This document shows positions 23,783 through 32,000 of a stretch of DNA of 32,000 nucleotides, one piece after another; positions within the stretch are counted from its first letter, which is position 1, and each line of letters opens with the position of its first letter. Position numbers and translations under genes: made by a program. The notes under the pieces were generated by a model. It did no database searches. It was not told where the DNA came from and saw nothing but the letters and a program-made list of their open reading frames with translations. The DNA lies in assembly GCA_002392285.1 (NCBI GenBank), contig DGGR01000038.1, positions 20,840 through 52,839 on the forward strand. Reading direction: 5' to 3'. This stretch comes from Verrucomicrobia bacterium UBA3869. GTDB lineage: Bacteria; Verrucomicrobiota; Verrucomicrobiia; Opitutales; UBA9783.

Positions 23783-26017
23783 TTAAGTGGTTAACTTGGT
23801 GTTTTTTTGAAAAAGGTGTTGTAAGCGCATTTGCAAGGTCGTATGTCGGATGGTACTGTCGAGGGTACGTGCGGCGCAAGCATAGGCTCGTTCTTCACCT
23901 ATTAAAAACACTTTTTTGCGTCCGCGGGTGATGGCGGTGTACAACAAATTGCGCTTGAGCATAACAAAATGTTGCATGAAGAGCGGCAGAATCACAATAG
24001 GAAACTCACTACCTTGGGATTTATGAATACTGATGGCGTACGCTAATTTTAAATTGGAGCAGGCGCTGCCTTCTAAGGTATGTGATTCATCATTAAATTG
24101 AATCGTTAAGGCGTGTTTTGCCATATCTATATCTTGAATAATACCTAAATCGCCGTTAAAAATCCCGTGATTGTAGTCATTTTTAACCTGGATTACCTTA
24201 TCTCCTACGAAAAATTTTTGCGCCCCAACAGTGATTTTGCGTCGCTGCAACCCCGCATGTTCCTGGAAGGTTGTGTTAAATTGGTCAATTCCAATAGCGC
24301 CTCGATGCATAGGGACTAAAATTTGAGTATCCTGAACACCATCCAACCCATACCATTTCGGGATGGATTCCCAACAAAGGTGTTGTATCGCACGCATGCC
24401 TTCTGCAGGGTCTTCTATGGGTAAAAAGTAAACATCGCACGTGGGCGGTAGGGAGCTTTCAGACGGTAACGTAGGGACATTGATTTTCTGTTTCCCTTCT
24501 AAAACATCATGTGCCACGCTCACAATGGAGCTATCCTGTCCTTGTCTAAAAATATCACTTAGGTACTCGGTGTGAAAGTAGGGGCTTTTGATAAAGTCGT
24601 GCAGAACATTACCGGCTCCAACCGATGGCAGCTGATAGATATCCCCGACGCACACGATATGAGCCGAACTAGGTAAGGCGCGCAGTAGGGCGTGCGTTAA
24701 GGGAGCATCCAACATACTGGTTTCATCGATAATGAGGAAATCAACTGGCAATAAATTATCCTCATCGTAAGTGAAACGCCCAATGGTTGGTTCATACTTG
24801 AGCAGCCGATGAACGGTCTGCGCAGTCCACCCAGTGGTTTCATTCATGCGCTGAGCAGCCCGACCGGTTGGGGCGCATAAACCTATCCGCACATGTTTCG
24901 CTGTTAAAATGCTTACCAACGCGCGCAACAAAGTGGTTTTACCCGTTCCAGGGCCGCCGGTTAACACTGCCAGCTTGGATTTTAATATGGCCTGCAAAGC
25001 TTTCTTCTGGGTATCCGACCAGGTAATCCCCAGTTTTGCCTCACTCCATTGGAGAGCTGAATCAATCTTAATGGGCGGTAAGGTAGATGGTTGGTTATAC
25101 AGCCGCTCAATATGCTTAGCAATGGATGCTTCATAGGTTGCCAAGCGGTTATGTTGAATGAGCTGCAAGGGGGGATAGCGTGTAATGATTTGCTGATCAA
25201 TGAGAATAGGAATGCGCTGAGAAATGTGCGTTGATTGAAGGTCGAGCAGCTTAGCTGTCTCTTGAATCAATTCTGTCTCAATTACCCCTGTATTACCTTC
25301 GCCTTCCGCTTGGGAGATTATATAATCAATTCCAGCGTCGATTCGAAATGGACTATCAATGGTAAGCCCTAAATTGAGTGCAATTTTATCGGCGGATTTA
25401 AACCCAATTCCATCGATTGTATCGATTAGAATATAGGGATTTTGGGTAATTACGTCTTTCGTTTTGTCGCCGTATTTTTGGTACAAACGCAGGCATTGAG
25501 TATTGGTAATGCCATAAGCTTGTAAGAAAATCATGGTGTCCCGGACGTCTTGTTGAGTATCCCATGCTTTTTTTATCATGGTTGCCCGCTTTTTACCGAT
25601 TCCAGGAACTTCGGTTAAACGTGCTGAGGCTTCGTTTAGCACATGAAGTGTTTCGGTGCCAAAATATTCAACAATTTTATTGGCGTATTCCTGACCAATT
25701 CCGTGGATAAGTCCACTGCTGAGGTATTGCCGAATGCCATGGACATCAGCCGGCAGGGTGGTTTCAAATGATGTGCACTTGAATTGCTTTCCAAAGGTAG
25801 GATGGGTAATCCACGTCCCGTGTACTTTTAAGGTTTCGCCGCATTGTACCCCCGAAAAACTTCCGGTGATGGTAACAAGTCCCTCTTTGTGCGCTAAATC
25901 TAAAATGCAAACAGAATACCCATTGGTAGCATTGGTGAAGACAATGCGCTTTAAAACACCCGTTAATTGAACTAGTTCGTTTGAGAGTGTAGGATCATTG
26001 TGTGTTTGCTGGGTCAC
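23783..26017 (-). CDS. recD2: ATP-dependent RecD2-type SF1B DNA helicase
   Basis: The N-terminal OB-like region is LTGVLKRIVFTNATNGYSVC, followed by HhH-like GIGKKRA. Walker A is LTGGPGTGKTT, Walker B is FLIIDETSMLD, then VGDIYQLPSVGAG and SIHKSQGSEF. The length of 744 aa is typical. The GTG start lies 3 nt after the greA stop. Confidence 0.9.
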   Translation of the reverse strand: MTQQTHNDPTLSNELVQLTGVLKRIVFTNATNGYSVCILDLAHKEGLVTITGSFSGVQCGETLKVHGTWITHPTFGKQFKCTSFETTLPADVHGIRQYLSSGLIHGIGQEYANKIVEYFGTETLHVLNEASARLTEVPGIGKKRATMIKKAWDTQQDVRDTMIFLQAYGITNTQCLRLYQKYGDKTKDVITQNPYILIDTIDGIGFKSADKIALNLGLTIDSPFRIDAGIDYIISQAEGEGNTGVIETELIQETAKLLDLQSTHISQRIPILIDQQIITRYPPLQLIQHNRLATYEASIAKHIERLYNQPSTLPPIKIDSALQWSEAKLGITWSDTQKKALQAILKSKLAVLTGGPGTGKTTLLRALVSILTAKHVRIGLCAPTGRAAQRMNETTGWTAQTVHRLLKYEPTIGRFTYDEDNLLPVDFLIIDETSMLDAPLTHALLRALPSSAHIVCVGDIYQLPSVGAGNVLHDFIKSPYFHTEYLSDIFRQGQDSSIVSVAHDVLEGKQKINVPTLPSESSLPPTCDVYFLPIEDPAEGMRAIQHLCWESIPKWYGLDGVQDTQILVPMHRGAIGIDQFNTTFQEHAGLQRRKITVGAQKFFVGDKVIQVKNDYNHGIFNGDLGIIQDIDMAKHALTIQFNDESHTLEGSACSNLKLAYAISIHKSQGSEFPIVILPLFMQHFVMLKRNLLYTAITRGRKKVFLIGEERAYACAARTLDSTIRHTTLQMRLQHLFQKNTKLTT

Positions 26018-26020
26018 CCG

Positions 26021-27829
26021 TTAAATTGAATACGGTTTGATAGATTGAACGGTGGCGGTTGTTCCGTTCGGTAAGATAACGGTATCGCCGACCGCTTTAT
26101 CCAGTAAAGCTTGAGCGAATGGAGTTTGGTACGACAAAATGTTTTTCTCAGGCTGTCCATCCCAAGCACCTGCAATGGTATAGGTGGTGCTGCCAGCTTT
26201 GGACTTTAATACAACTTGAGTACCCACGCTAACTTTATCGCTGGAAATATCCTCAGGTTTAATGACGCGGCAGTTGTTAAGAGAACGCTCCAAGGAAACT
26301 TTTCTTGCCTGTAGAACGGTTTGATCTTCGCGAGCCATCTTGTATTCTGAGTTTTCACTCAAATCCCCTAACTCGCGCGCTTTAGCAATTGCAGCTTTGT
26401 TGTTGGGAATATCTTCTTCAACCAACTTCTTGTATTCGGCCTGTAAACGATCCAAGCTCGCTTGAGAGACCAATAATTTGTCTTCCTTGCGATGGGTATC
26501 ACGGTCTTTCAACGTGTTTTCCAATTCAGGGAATTTACGGATAAAACGCGTGATAAATGAGCATTTTTTCGCATAACTCAATGATTGATTGGCTAAAATC
26601 AATTGCAGTAAGTGACCGGCGATTTCGCTTGAAGGTAAGGTAGACAGAATAGTTTCGACGAAACTTTTATCTTTGTACAATAGTTCCGCCAAATCCATGT
26701 GGCAGTTGCGCTTCTGCAACAAACTTTCGTTGTTAATCAATTGAAAGATGTAGGTTAACAACTGCTGATTCAATAAAGGCGATAGGATTGATGCGTATTG
26801 ACTGTTATGGTTGATTAACCAAATAACAAAGGCTTTCGATAACGTCCGTTCCTTTAAATCTTCCTTTAGGGTCTTAATTAACGCTGAAAGTGCATCGTTG
26901 TGGCTTAAGAACTTAAAGCTAGAATCAATAGAATTTAGGTTTTGCGATTGGGTGCAGAAATTAATTAATGTATCTTCCCAATCGGAGCGGACAGATTTAA
27001 TGGAGGATAAGAACCGACCCTGTTCTGCTTTAGATAACTCATCCAATATGTTGAGCAATAACCCATGCTTGCTTTGCATGATTACTTGTTCATCCGCAGT
27101 AGCGTTGCTCCCTGATAAATCATCACGCATCCAACAGGATTTTAATTGTTGAACCGGCGATAAAGTCGCTTCCTTAAGCATTTGATTTAAATGCTCAACG
27201 ACAGGCTGTAACTCAGCAGGTGCTAAGTTTAATTTCATCAATTCAGCAGCCTTAGCTAACTTTTGCTCGAGTGTAGTGCTATCAAAAAACTCCCGGATTA
27301 GCTTTTGATCAGTAGCAACAGGGGTTTCGAGTAGCGTATAATTGGAGGGACTGTCTTTTGAGCAATCAATACGCGCTTCCGACTTAATCTTCTTTTGGAC
27401 TCCATTCCACCAGGTTTTAAACTCATTAGGTGCTAGGAAATTGCTGAGTGCCTGATTAAGGACTTCTTTTACTTTCAAACTACTGGCTTGATGGGTTGGA
27501 AAAGATTGTAAGACACGAATAACTAATGCAATAGGATCGTCTTTAGCGAGCTTTTGAATTTCTTCTGCGTTTGTGCGGGCTTCAACAATAATGTGCTCCT
27601 TAGGTAAAATTGTTAGGATTTTGTCGCAAAATCCGGCATCCATCGACCGAGGTTTTGTTTGGGTTTCAAATTTAATAATGATGCATCCCTGCTCCGAATC
27701 AACACTCTGCACACAGCCAAATCCGAAGCTGTTATGGTAGCAATACGTTCCGGGGCTAAATTGAGTCGAAAATTTACTGGAATTTTCGTTTACGGAAGTT
27801 TGCATAGCACTATTATATTCACTTTCCAT
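26021..27829 (-). CDS. greA: transcription elongation factor GreA with a long N-terminal extension (chlamydia-type)
   Basis: The C-terminal about 155 aa is a canonical GreA (AKARELGDLSENSEYKMAREDQ, then the globular domain VGTQVVLK...YTIAGAWDGQPEKNILSYQTPFAQALL). About 445 extra N-terminal residues include FGFGCVQSV...IIIKFE and TWWNGVQKKIK blocks that resemble the long GreA of Chlamydia. Confidence 0.85.
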   Translation of the reverse strand: MESEYNSAMQTSVNENSSKFSTQFSPGTYCYHNSFGFGCVQSVDSEQGCIIIKFETQTKPRSMDAGFCDKILTILPKEHIIVEARTNAEEIQKLAKDDPIALVIRVLQSFPTHQASSLKVKEVLNQALSNFLAPNEFKTWWNGVQKKIKSEARIDCSKDSPSNYTLLETPVATDQKLIREFFDSTTLEQKLAKAAELMKLNLAPAELQPVVEHLNQMLKEATLSPVQQLKSCWMRDDLSGSNATADEQVIMQSKHGLLLNILDELSKAEQGRFLSSIKSVRSDWEDTLINFCTQSQNLNSIDSSFKFLSHNDALSALIKTLKEDLKERTLSKAFVIWLINHNSQYASILSPLLNQQLLTYIFQLINNESLLQKRNCHMDLAELLYKDKSFVETILSTLPSSEIAGHLLQLILANQSLSYAKKCSFITRFIRKFPELENTLKDRDTHRKEDKLLVSQASLDRLQAEYKKLVEEDIPNNKAAIAKARELGDLSENSEYKMAREDQTVLQARKVSLERSLNNCRVIKPEDISSDKVSVGTQVVLKSKAGSTTYTIAGAWDGQPEKNILSYQTPFAQALLDKAVGDTVILPNGTTATVQSIKPYSI

Positions 27830-27922
27830 ATGCCAACAATTAGACAGTTTTTAAAAAAAATCGCAAGCCCTAAATAATTCATGGGTAAAATACCCCACAA
27901 GGCTATTTAAAATGGGGTTAAA

Positions 27923-28975
27923 TTAACGTTTAGCGTTTTTTACGAGCGATTCATCTGGATCAATCCCTTTGAAGTGATAGGTCAAGATGGTATGTAACGC
28001 TTCACGTAGTGAAACCTTCGGTTGCCAACCTAACTTTGTTTGCGATTCCTTGATGGATGGAATACGTCTGCTGACGTCTTGATAACCTGCGCCATAATAG
28101 GCTTCTGAGGTTACATTTTCCATTTGAATCGAATCAGCTAATTTTGGATCAAATTCAACAAGCCCTTCTTTAACAATTTGAGCGAGTTCGGCAATCGAAT
28201 AGTTTTCGTTAGGATTACCAATGTTAAAAATACCATTGTCGGCGCAACCGTTTTCGTTATTAACAATGCGGACCAAGCAATCAATACCATCATCGATGTA
28301 AGTGAAGCAACGACGATTGGTTCCACCATCGACCAACTTAAGCGGTTGGTGATTGAGAGCGTTATGTAAGAATTGGGTTAGAATACGTGAACCGGTGTCG
28401 TTATGGATGTTGTCCAATTTAGCACCGATGAAATTAAAGGGACGGAAAATGGTATAAGACAGCCCTTGTTCATAACCATAGGCATAGATAATACGATCCA
28501 TCAATTGCTTGCAGCAGGAATAGATCCAGCGCTGCTTTTCGATAGGGCCTAGAACGCAGCAGGTTGCATGTTCGTCAAATGATGCATCGGGTGCCATACC
28601 ATACACTTCAGAAGTGGATGGAAAAATAACGCGCTTATGGTATTTTACGCACCAACGAATAACCTGCAGATTGGCTTCAAAGTCCAATTCAAATACACTC
28701 AGCGGCTTGGTTACATAAACATTTGGAGTTGCAATAGCCACGAGTGGCAAAACAACATCGCATTTGCTTACTAAATACTCAATATCCTCATGGTGAATCA
28801 TGAGGTTTTTTTCGTAAAAATGTAAACGAGGATGATTAATGCACGGAGCTAGTTTGTGCGTACTTAAATCAACGGCATAGATTTCATGTTGGGTTTTTGC
28901 AAGCAAATGTGCACATAGGGTGCTTCCGATAAATCCATTAGCTCCGAGGATTAAAATGTTTTGTTTCTTTTCCAT
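27923..28975 (-). CDS. NAD-dependent UDP-glucuronate oxidative decarboxylase, homologous to the ArnA C-terminal dehydrogenase domain (stand-alone)
   Basis: [80 protein letters not shown] and NIGNP are near-identical in pattern to E. coli ArnA residues from about 314 onward ([47 protein letters not shown]). There is no formyltransferase domain. Confidence 0.85.
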   Translation of the reverse strand: MEKKQNILILGANGFIGSTLCAHLLAKTQHEIYAVDLSTHKLAPCINHPRLHFYEKNLMIHHEDIEYLVSKCDVVLPLVAIATPNVYVTKPLSVFELDFEANLQVIRWCVKYHKRVIFPSTSEVYGMAPDASFDEHATCCVLGPIEKQRWIYSCCKQLMDRIIYAYGYEQGLSYTIFRPFNFIGAKLDNIHNDTGSRILTQFLHNALNHQPLKLVDGGTNRRCFTYIDDGIDCLVRIVNNENGCADNGIFNIGNPNENYSIAELAQIVKEGLVEFDPKLADSIQMENVTSEAYYGAGYQDVSRRIPSIKESQTKLGWQPKVSLREALHTILTYHFKGIDPDESLVKNAKR

Positions 28976-28991
28976 GGTTATAAATGTTTCC

Positions 28992-29079
28992 TGGCGGAAG
29001 GAGAGGGATTCGAACCCTCGAAACCTTTCAGTTTAATGGTTTTCAAGACCACCGCGTTCGACCGCTCCGCCATCCTTCC
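28992..29079 (-). tRNA. tRNA-Ser (anticodon UGA), 88 nt with encoded CCA
   Basis: Hand-folded. The acceptor stem is GGAAGGA/TCCTTCC and the D-stem has 3 bp. The anticodon stem-loop is GTGGT-CTTGAAA-ACCAT with UGA at positions 34-36. The long variable arm is AAAC-TGAAAG-GTTT. The T-arm is GAGGG-TTCGAAT-CCCTC, followed by discriminator G and CCA. Confidence 0.9.
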
Positions 29080-29127
29080 TATAATAAAGTTTGTTGATAC
29101 AAGATGCTGTTTCAGTTGCGCCCGATA

Positions 29128-29622
29128 TTAGTTGGGATTTGCAGAGTTCGTTCCCTTATAATTGACCCGTGCCTCTTCTTGACGTAATCGTGCTTCTTCA
29201 ATTTGTAAGCGCTTTTGTTCTAACAATAAACGTTGTTTTTCGTTATCGACCGCGAGGCTTTCCTTTTCAAGTTGCTTTTTCCTTAAATCGGAGCGTGCTT
29301 GATCAATGTCATCTTGGTTCTTACGACGAACTTCATTGCGGATTTGTTCGCTGTTGTCGTAACTAGCGTTTGATTTACGTGAACTTTCTCCTTGTGGATG
29401 GGAATGTTCGTGCGCAACGGCTCCTAAAATAGTACCACCGAGAGCACCAATAGCTGCTCCTGCTAACGTTCCTCCAGTATGGCCATCAATCATTTGACCT
29501 GCAGCGGCTCCAGCTAAAGCACCCGCTCCAGCACCTGTTGCAGCATATTCCCCTCTGGTTTCAGGACCACTGCAACCACAAAGCAATAATAAACATATTG
29601 GTAAACAAAGTAATTGTTTCAT
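29128..29622 (-). CDS. glycine-zipper lipoprotein with a C-terminal charged coiled coil
   Basis: Signal peptide plus lipobox (LLLLCGC). [13 protein letters not shown]...[20 protein letters not shown] is a glycine-zipper (17-kDa surface antigen-like) segment. The C-terminal [24 protein letters not shown] looks like a coiled coil. Confidence 0.6.
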   Translation of the reverse strand: MKQLLCLPICLLLLCGCSGPETRGEYAATGAGAGALAGAAAGQMIDGHTGGTLAGAAIGALGGTILGAVAHEHSHPQGESSRKSNASYDNSEQIRNEVRRKNQDDIDQARSDLRKKQLEKESLAVDNEKQRLLLEQKRLQIEEARLRQEEARVNYKGTNSANPN

Positions 29623-29658
29623 GCCCCCATCGTGATAGAAAGCGATGAGGTTGTCAAT

Positions 29659-30321
29659 TTAATATTGAATGGCGTATTGATGGTGAGGATCGATGAAGAA
29701 TAGCTTTTTTTCGATGGGATCAATGTCTTTCCATACTAACTGCAGTTTTTCGTTGACCATTTCGTTGATGCGAAAGACGCGTCCATTAATTTCTAGGGTG
29801 CTGTTAAAATTATTATAGGTTACATGGAACGTTTGATTCGACAGCCATTGTTGTGTTTCCTTGGCGTTATTGCTAAATGGACGTTTATTAGCGGCTACTG
29901 CATTTGGACGTTCGTCTTGAAATAGGGGAGAGTTGCGTTTGGAATATTCCTCTCCTGTTTGCAACTCAATGAAATTTTCTTCATGGGTATCGAGGTGGTC
30001 GCGGATAATATCGTTCTGTAGGTCTATCAAATGGTTGGTTTGATAGGGCATATCGAGCAATTGCAAGAATACGGGAACATCCTTTTTTAGAACAGGATGT
30101 ATGGGCTTCTTTTGCGCAATGCGTTGGATGGGAATAGGGGATTGATGTGGGTTGTTGAAGCTAAAAATGCAGATAATACCGAATAGTAATACGGTAATTA
30201 AGGCTATTTGCGGGTAGATTTTTTGTTGAGATTTCCAGAGCCCCATGTCATCCATAGGAGGTTTTGAGTCTTGCTTAGGATTGCAGTGGCGGTCGTGGTA
30301 TTCTTTTTGATTGGAAACCAT
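29659..30321 (-). CDS. hypothetical bitopic membrane protein
   Basis: 220-aa ORF with a single TM (IALITVLLFGIICIF) after a charged N-terminus. I recognise no family. Confidence 0.5.
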   Translation of the reverse strand: MVSNQKEYHDRHCNPKQDSKPPMDDMGLWKSQQKIYPQIALITVLLFGIICIFSFNNPHQSPIPIQRIAQKKPIHPVLKKDVPVFLQLLDMPYQTNHLIDLQNDIIRDHLDTHEENFIELQTGEEYSKRNSPLFQDERPNAVAANKRPFSNNAKETQQWLSNQTFHVTYNNFNSTLEINGRVFRINEMVNEKLQLVWKDIDPIEKKLFFIDPHHQYAIQY

Positions 30322-30323
30322 AA

Positions 30324-30342
30324 CTAAAGTATATAACTTTAG
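30324..30342. repeat. perfect 7-bp inverted repeat in a divergent promoter region
   Basis: CTAAAGT-ATATA-ACTTTAG lies between the starts of 29659..30321 (-) and 30373..30666 (+). Confidence 0.25.
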
Positions 30343-30372
30343 CTATAAATTTGCAAAAAACTTTGTTTAATC

Positions 30373-30666
30373 ATGCGAAGGTTAGTGATAAAACCGTTTT
30401 GGATTGTATTAGTGGTGGTGGTAATGTTTTTGGTTTTTCAATCAAAATACCGTCATGCTTATCGCCAATATAAGGCGGTGGTAGCGAAGAACGTTCAATT
30501 GAAGGATCTTATTAAGCGGTATCAGATGCAGGTAGAGCGCAAAAAGTATTTCATCTATAAATGGCAAACGGATAAGCATTTTAGGGATCAGCTGGCTCAT
30601 GAACAAGGCGGATATATTAATGAAGGAGAATGGATTATTTATTTCGTCCGTGGTGATCAACAATAG
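30373..30666 (+). CDS. septum formation initiator family protein (FtsB/DivIC-like)
   Basis: 97 aa. An N-terminal TM (FWIVLVVVVMFLVF) is followed by a coiled-coil stretch (VVAKNVQLKDLIKRYQMQVER) and then DKHFRDQLAHEQGGYINEGEWIIYF. That last block fits the family tail (D..yiE..AR..lg....gE.i..f). Confidence 0.5.
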   Translation: MRRLVIKPFWIVLVVVVMFLVFQSKYRHAYRQYKAVVAKNVQLKDLIKRYQMQVERKKYFIYKWQTDKHFRDQLAHEQGGYINEGEWIIYFVRGDQQ

Positions 30667-30668
30667 TT

Positions 30669-31655
30669 ATGGATGTTTGCATTAATGGAGGGCAGGATAA
30701 AGCGTATACTTGGGAAATGAAGGAAGCAGAAAAAACAGCGCGTATTTTGGTGATAAAACCCTCTTCGTTGGGCGATATCATTCAGATGCTCCAAGTGATG
30801 GAAGGCTGTTTTTATGCGGCTCAAAGCAAGGGAATGTGTTGGAAAATCCACTGGGTAGTTCGGGATTGCTTTGCGGACTTTTTGCGTTTGAGCCCCGTTA
30901 TATCCAAATTGCTTTTGTTTGAGCGTTCCAGTGGGTTTTGTGCGTTTTGTCGTTTGATACAGGAAATTCGTTCGGAGTTCTATGACTGGGTTGTGGATGG
31001 GCAAGGATTGCTTCGGTCAGGGTTAATGACCGGTTTTGCGCGCGCTAATCATAAAATTGGTCGTCGGGATGCACGTGAAGGGTCGCGCTTCTTTTATCAA
31101 CAAACCTATGCGCCTAAAACCCATCATCCGCATGCATTGGAGCGTTTACAGGCATTATTAACCCCATTGGAGGTTAATAGCAGTCCAGCGCGGCCTTTGA
31201 GTTTGAGCTTACCCCCTTGGCATTTTAACTTTGATGAAGGGGCAATTTTGCTGTTCCCAAATAGCCGGGGGCCTAAGAAGGAATGGCCGTTTTTTCGTGA
31301 ATTAACGGCTTTATTGCTGAAAAAAACGCCTTATACCTGCGTATGGGTTGGGCAAAAACCAATAGGGGAGGAATTGAATCATCCGCGCTTTGTTAATTTG
31401 ATTGGGGAAACCTCGTTGCCCGACCTGCCGTTGTTGATTCAATCGGCACGCTGTGTGGTTGCTAATGATAGTGCGCCTATCCATTTAGCGGCTGCTTTAA
31501 AAAGGCCTTTGGTTGGGATTTATGGGCCTACGGATGGAGTTATATACGGTCCTTATCCGACCAAGGAGCACTGTGTTTTGCAAGCTCCTGGTGGAAATTT
31601 GATGCAATTAACGCCGCAAGTGGTTGAAAATGCGGTGATGCAGCAGCTTCAATAG
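30669..31655 (+). CDS. glycosyltransferase family 9 (LPS heptosyltransferase-like)
   Basis: RILVIKPSSLGDIIQ (the GT9 N-terminal signature, compare ILIIR.SALGDV) and ANDSAPIHLAAALKRPLVGIYGPTD (compare nDSGpmHlAaA...P.v.lfGpT). It starts 2 nt after the FtsB-like stop. An alternative start is at 30717. Confidence 0.8.
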   Translation: MDVCINGGQDKAYTWEMKEAEKTARILVIKPSSLGDIIQMLQVMEGCFYAAQSKGMCWKIHWVVRDCFADFLRLSPVISKLLLFERSSGFCAFCRLIQEIRSEFYDWVVDGQGLLRSGLMTGFARANHKIGRRDAREGSRFFYQQTYAPKTHHPHALERLQALLTPLEVNSSPARPLSLSLPPWHFNFDEGAILLFPNSRGPKKEWPFFRELTALLLKKTPYTCVWVGQKPIGEELNHPRFVNLIGETSLPDLPLLIQSARCVVANDSAPIHLAAALKRPLVGIYGPTDGVIYGPYPTKEHCVLQAPGGNLMQLTPQVVENAVMQQLQ

Positions 31656-31978
31656 GCGGGTTGCTTACGTTTCGAACGAGCCATGCGAGCGCGTTGACGT
31701 AATTTGCGCAGCAATTGCAATTCTAGGTCATCAATGGCTCGATACAAATCATCAGAGTCAGTTGTAACAATCAAATTGGGTCCAGGGAGTTCCACAATGC
31801 CTTGAGCCATGAATGTTTTATGGTCTAATTTATTGCTGTCTTGTGTCAATTCCACACGAATTTGTACAATACGTGTATTGTGTTGGAATAATTTAGCCAT
31901 TTTTTCATGTACGATAGTGTGAATTGCTTCAGTTAAATCGATATGAATGCCTGTAATGATAATAGGTAATTGATTCAT
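31649..31978 (-). CDS. hpf: ribosome hibernation promoting factor (HPF/RaiA family, short form)
   Basis: IIITGIHIDLTEAIHTIVHEKMAKL...RIVQIRVELT......H...A.G.V.L.G..L.......DLYRAIDDLELQLLRKLRQ matches the HPF/YfiA pattern. I prefer the ATG at 31978 over the TTG at 31996. Confidence 0.85.
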   Translation of the reverse strand: MNQLPIIITGIHIDLTEAIHTIVHEKMAKLFQHNTRIVQIRVELTQDSNKLDHKTFMAQGIVELPGPNLIVTTDSDDLYRAIDDLELQLLRKLRQRARMARSKRKQPAY

Positions 31979-32000
31979 TAACAGTATAATAAGCAAAAAG

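Noticed and set aside
28976-29127. tRNA-Ser as a possible integration hotspot or genomic island boundary
   Set aside because: I found no integrase or recombinase gene and no duplicated tRNA 3' fragment (att-like direct repeat) in the window. The flanking genes look chromosomal.
30657-31004. 115-aa minus-strand ORF (also 30710..30922 on the plus strand in another frame)
   Set aside because: They overlap the GT9 glycosyltransferase CDS, whose N-terminal signature (ILVIKPSSLGDIIQ) is encoded in this very stretch.
1-32000. Scan for CRISPR arrays, IS elements, long tandem repeats, rRNA genes and prophage genes
   Set aside because: I saw none by eye. The only repeats found are short: the 10-mer pair at 7148/7168, the 9-mer pair at 292/403, and small hairpins. 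A computational repeat search would be needed for certainty.

Overview
This is a densely coding 32-kb chromosomal window. I found no rRNA, CRISPR array, transposase or integrase. The gene content suggests a PVC/Chlamydiota-like bacterium, which is an inference. It rests on a 602-aa GreA with a chlamydia-style long N-terminal extension, duplicated HAAAP (TyrP-type) aromatic amino acid permeases, an injectisome export-gate protein SctV, and an rpsP-trmD-rplS cluster without rimM. The window also has non-classical extras: the PFOR N-terminus, a stand-alone ArnA-dehydrogenase-like enzyme, a GT9 heptosyltransferase-like enzyme, and CsrA. Housekeeping calls are ruvB, ndk, rpsP, trmD, rplS, rsmD, gltX, glyQS, greA, recD2, hpf and tRNA-Ser(UGA). 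The items most worth a second look are as follows. (1) A translationally coupled three-gene operon (419-4109) encodes a small helical protein plus two divergent tandem paralogs of 526 and 569 aa. I cannot assign them to any family, and their layout resembles type III secretion tip or axial substrates. (2) A 57-codon csrA missing from the ORF track sits directly behind a FlgN-like gene. (3) A YscY-like small TPR gene overlaps sctV (GTGA) with no sctX nearby, and a divergently transcribed 270-aa protein resembles a translocator. (4) An orphan ComGA/GspE-like ATPase with altered catalytic motifs ends a greA-recD2 operon and has a start-codon problem. (5) The leader in front of the first tyrP paralog contains an aromatic-rich mini-ORF, mutually exclusive hairpins and a uORF relay. 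All functional calls come from reading the translated sequence and recalling family motifs. No database search was run.
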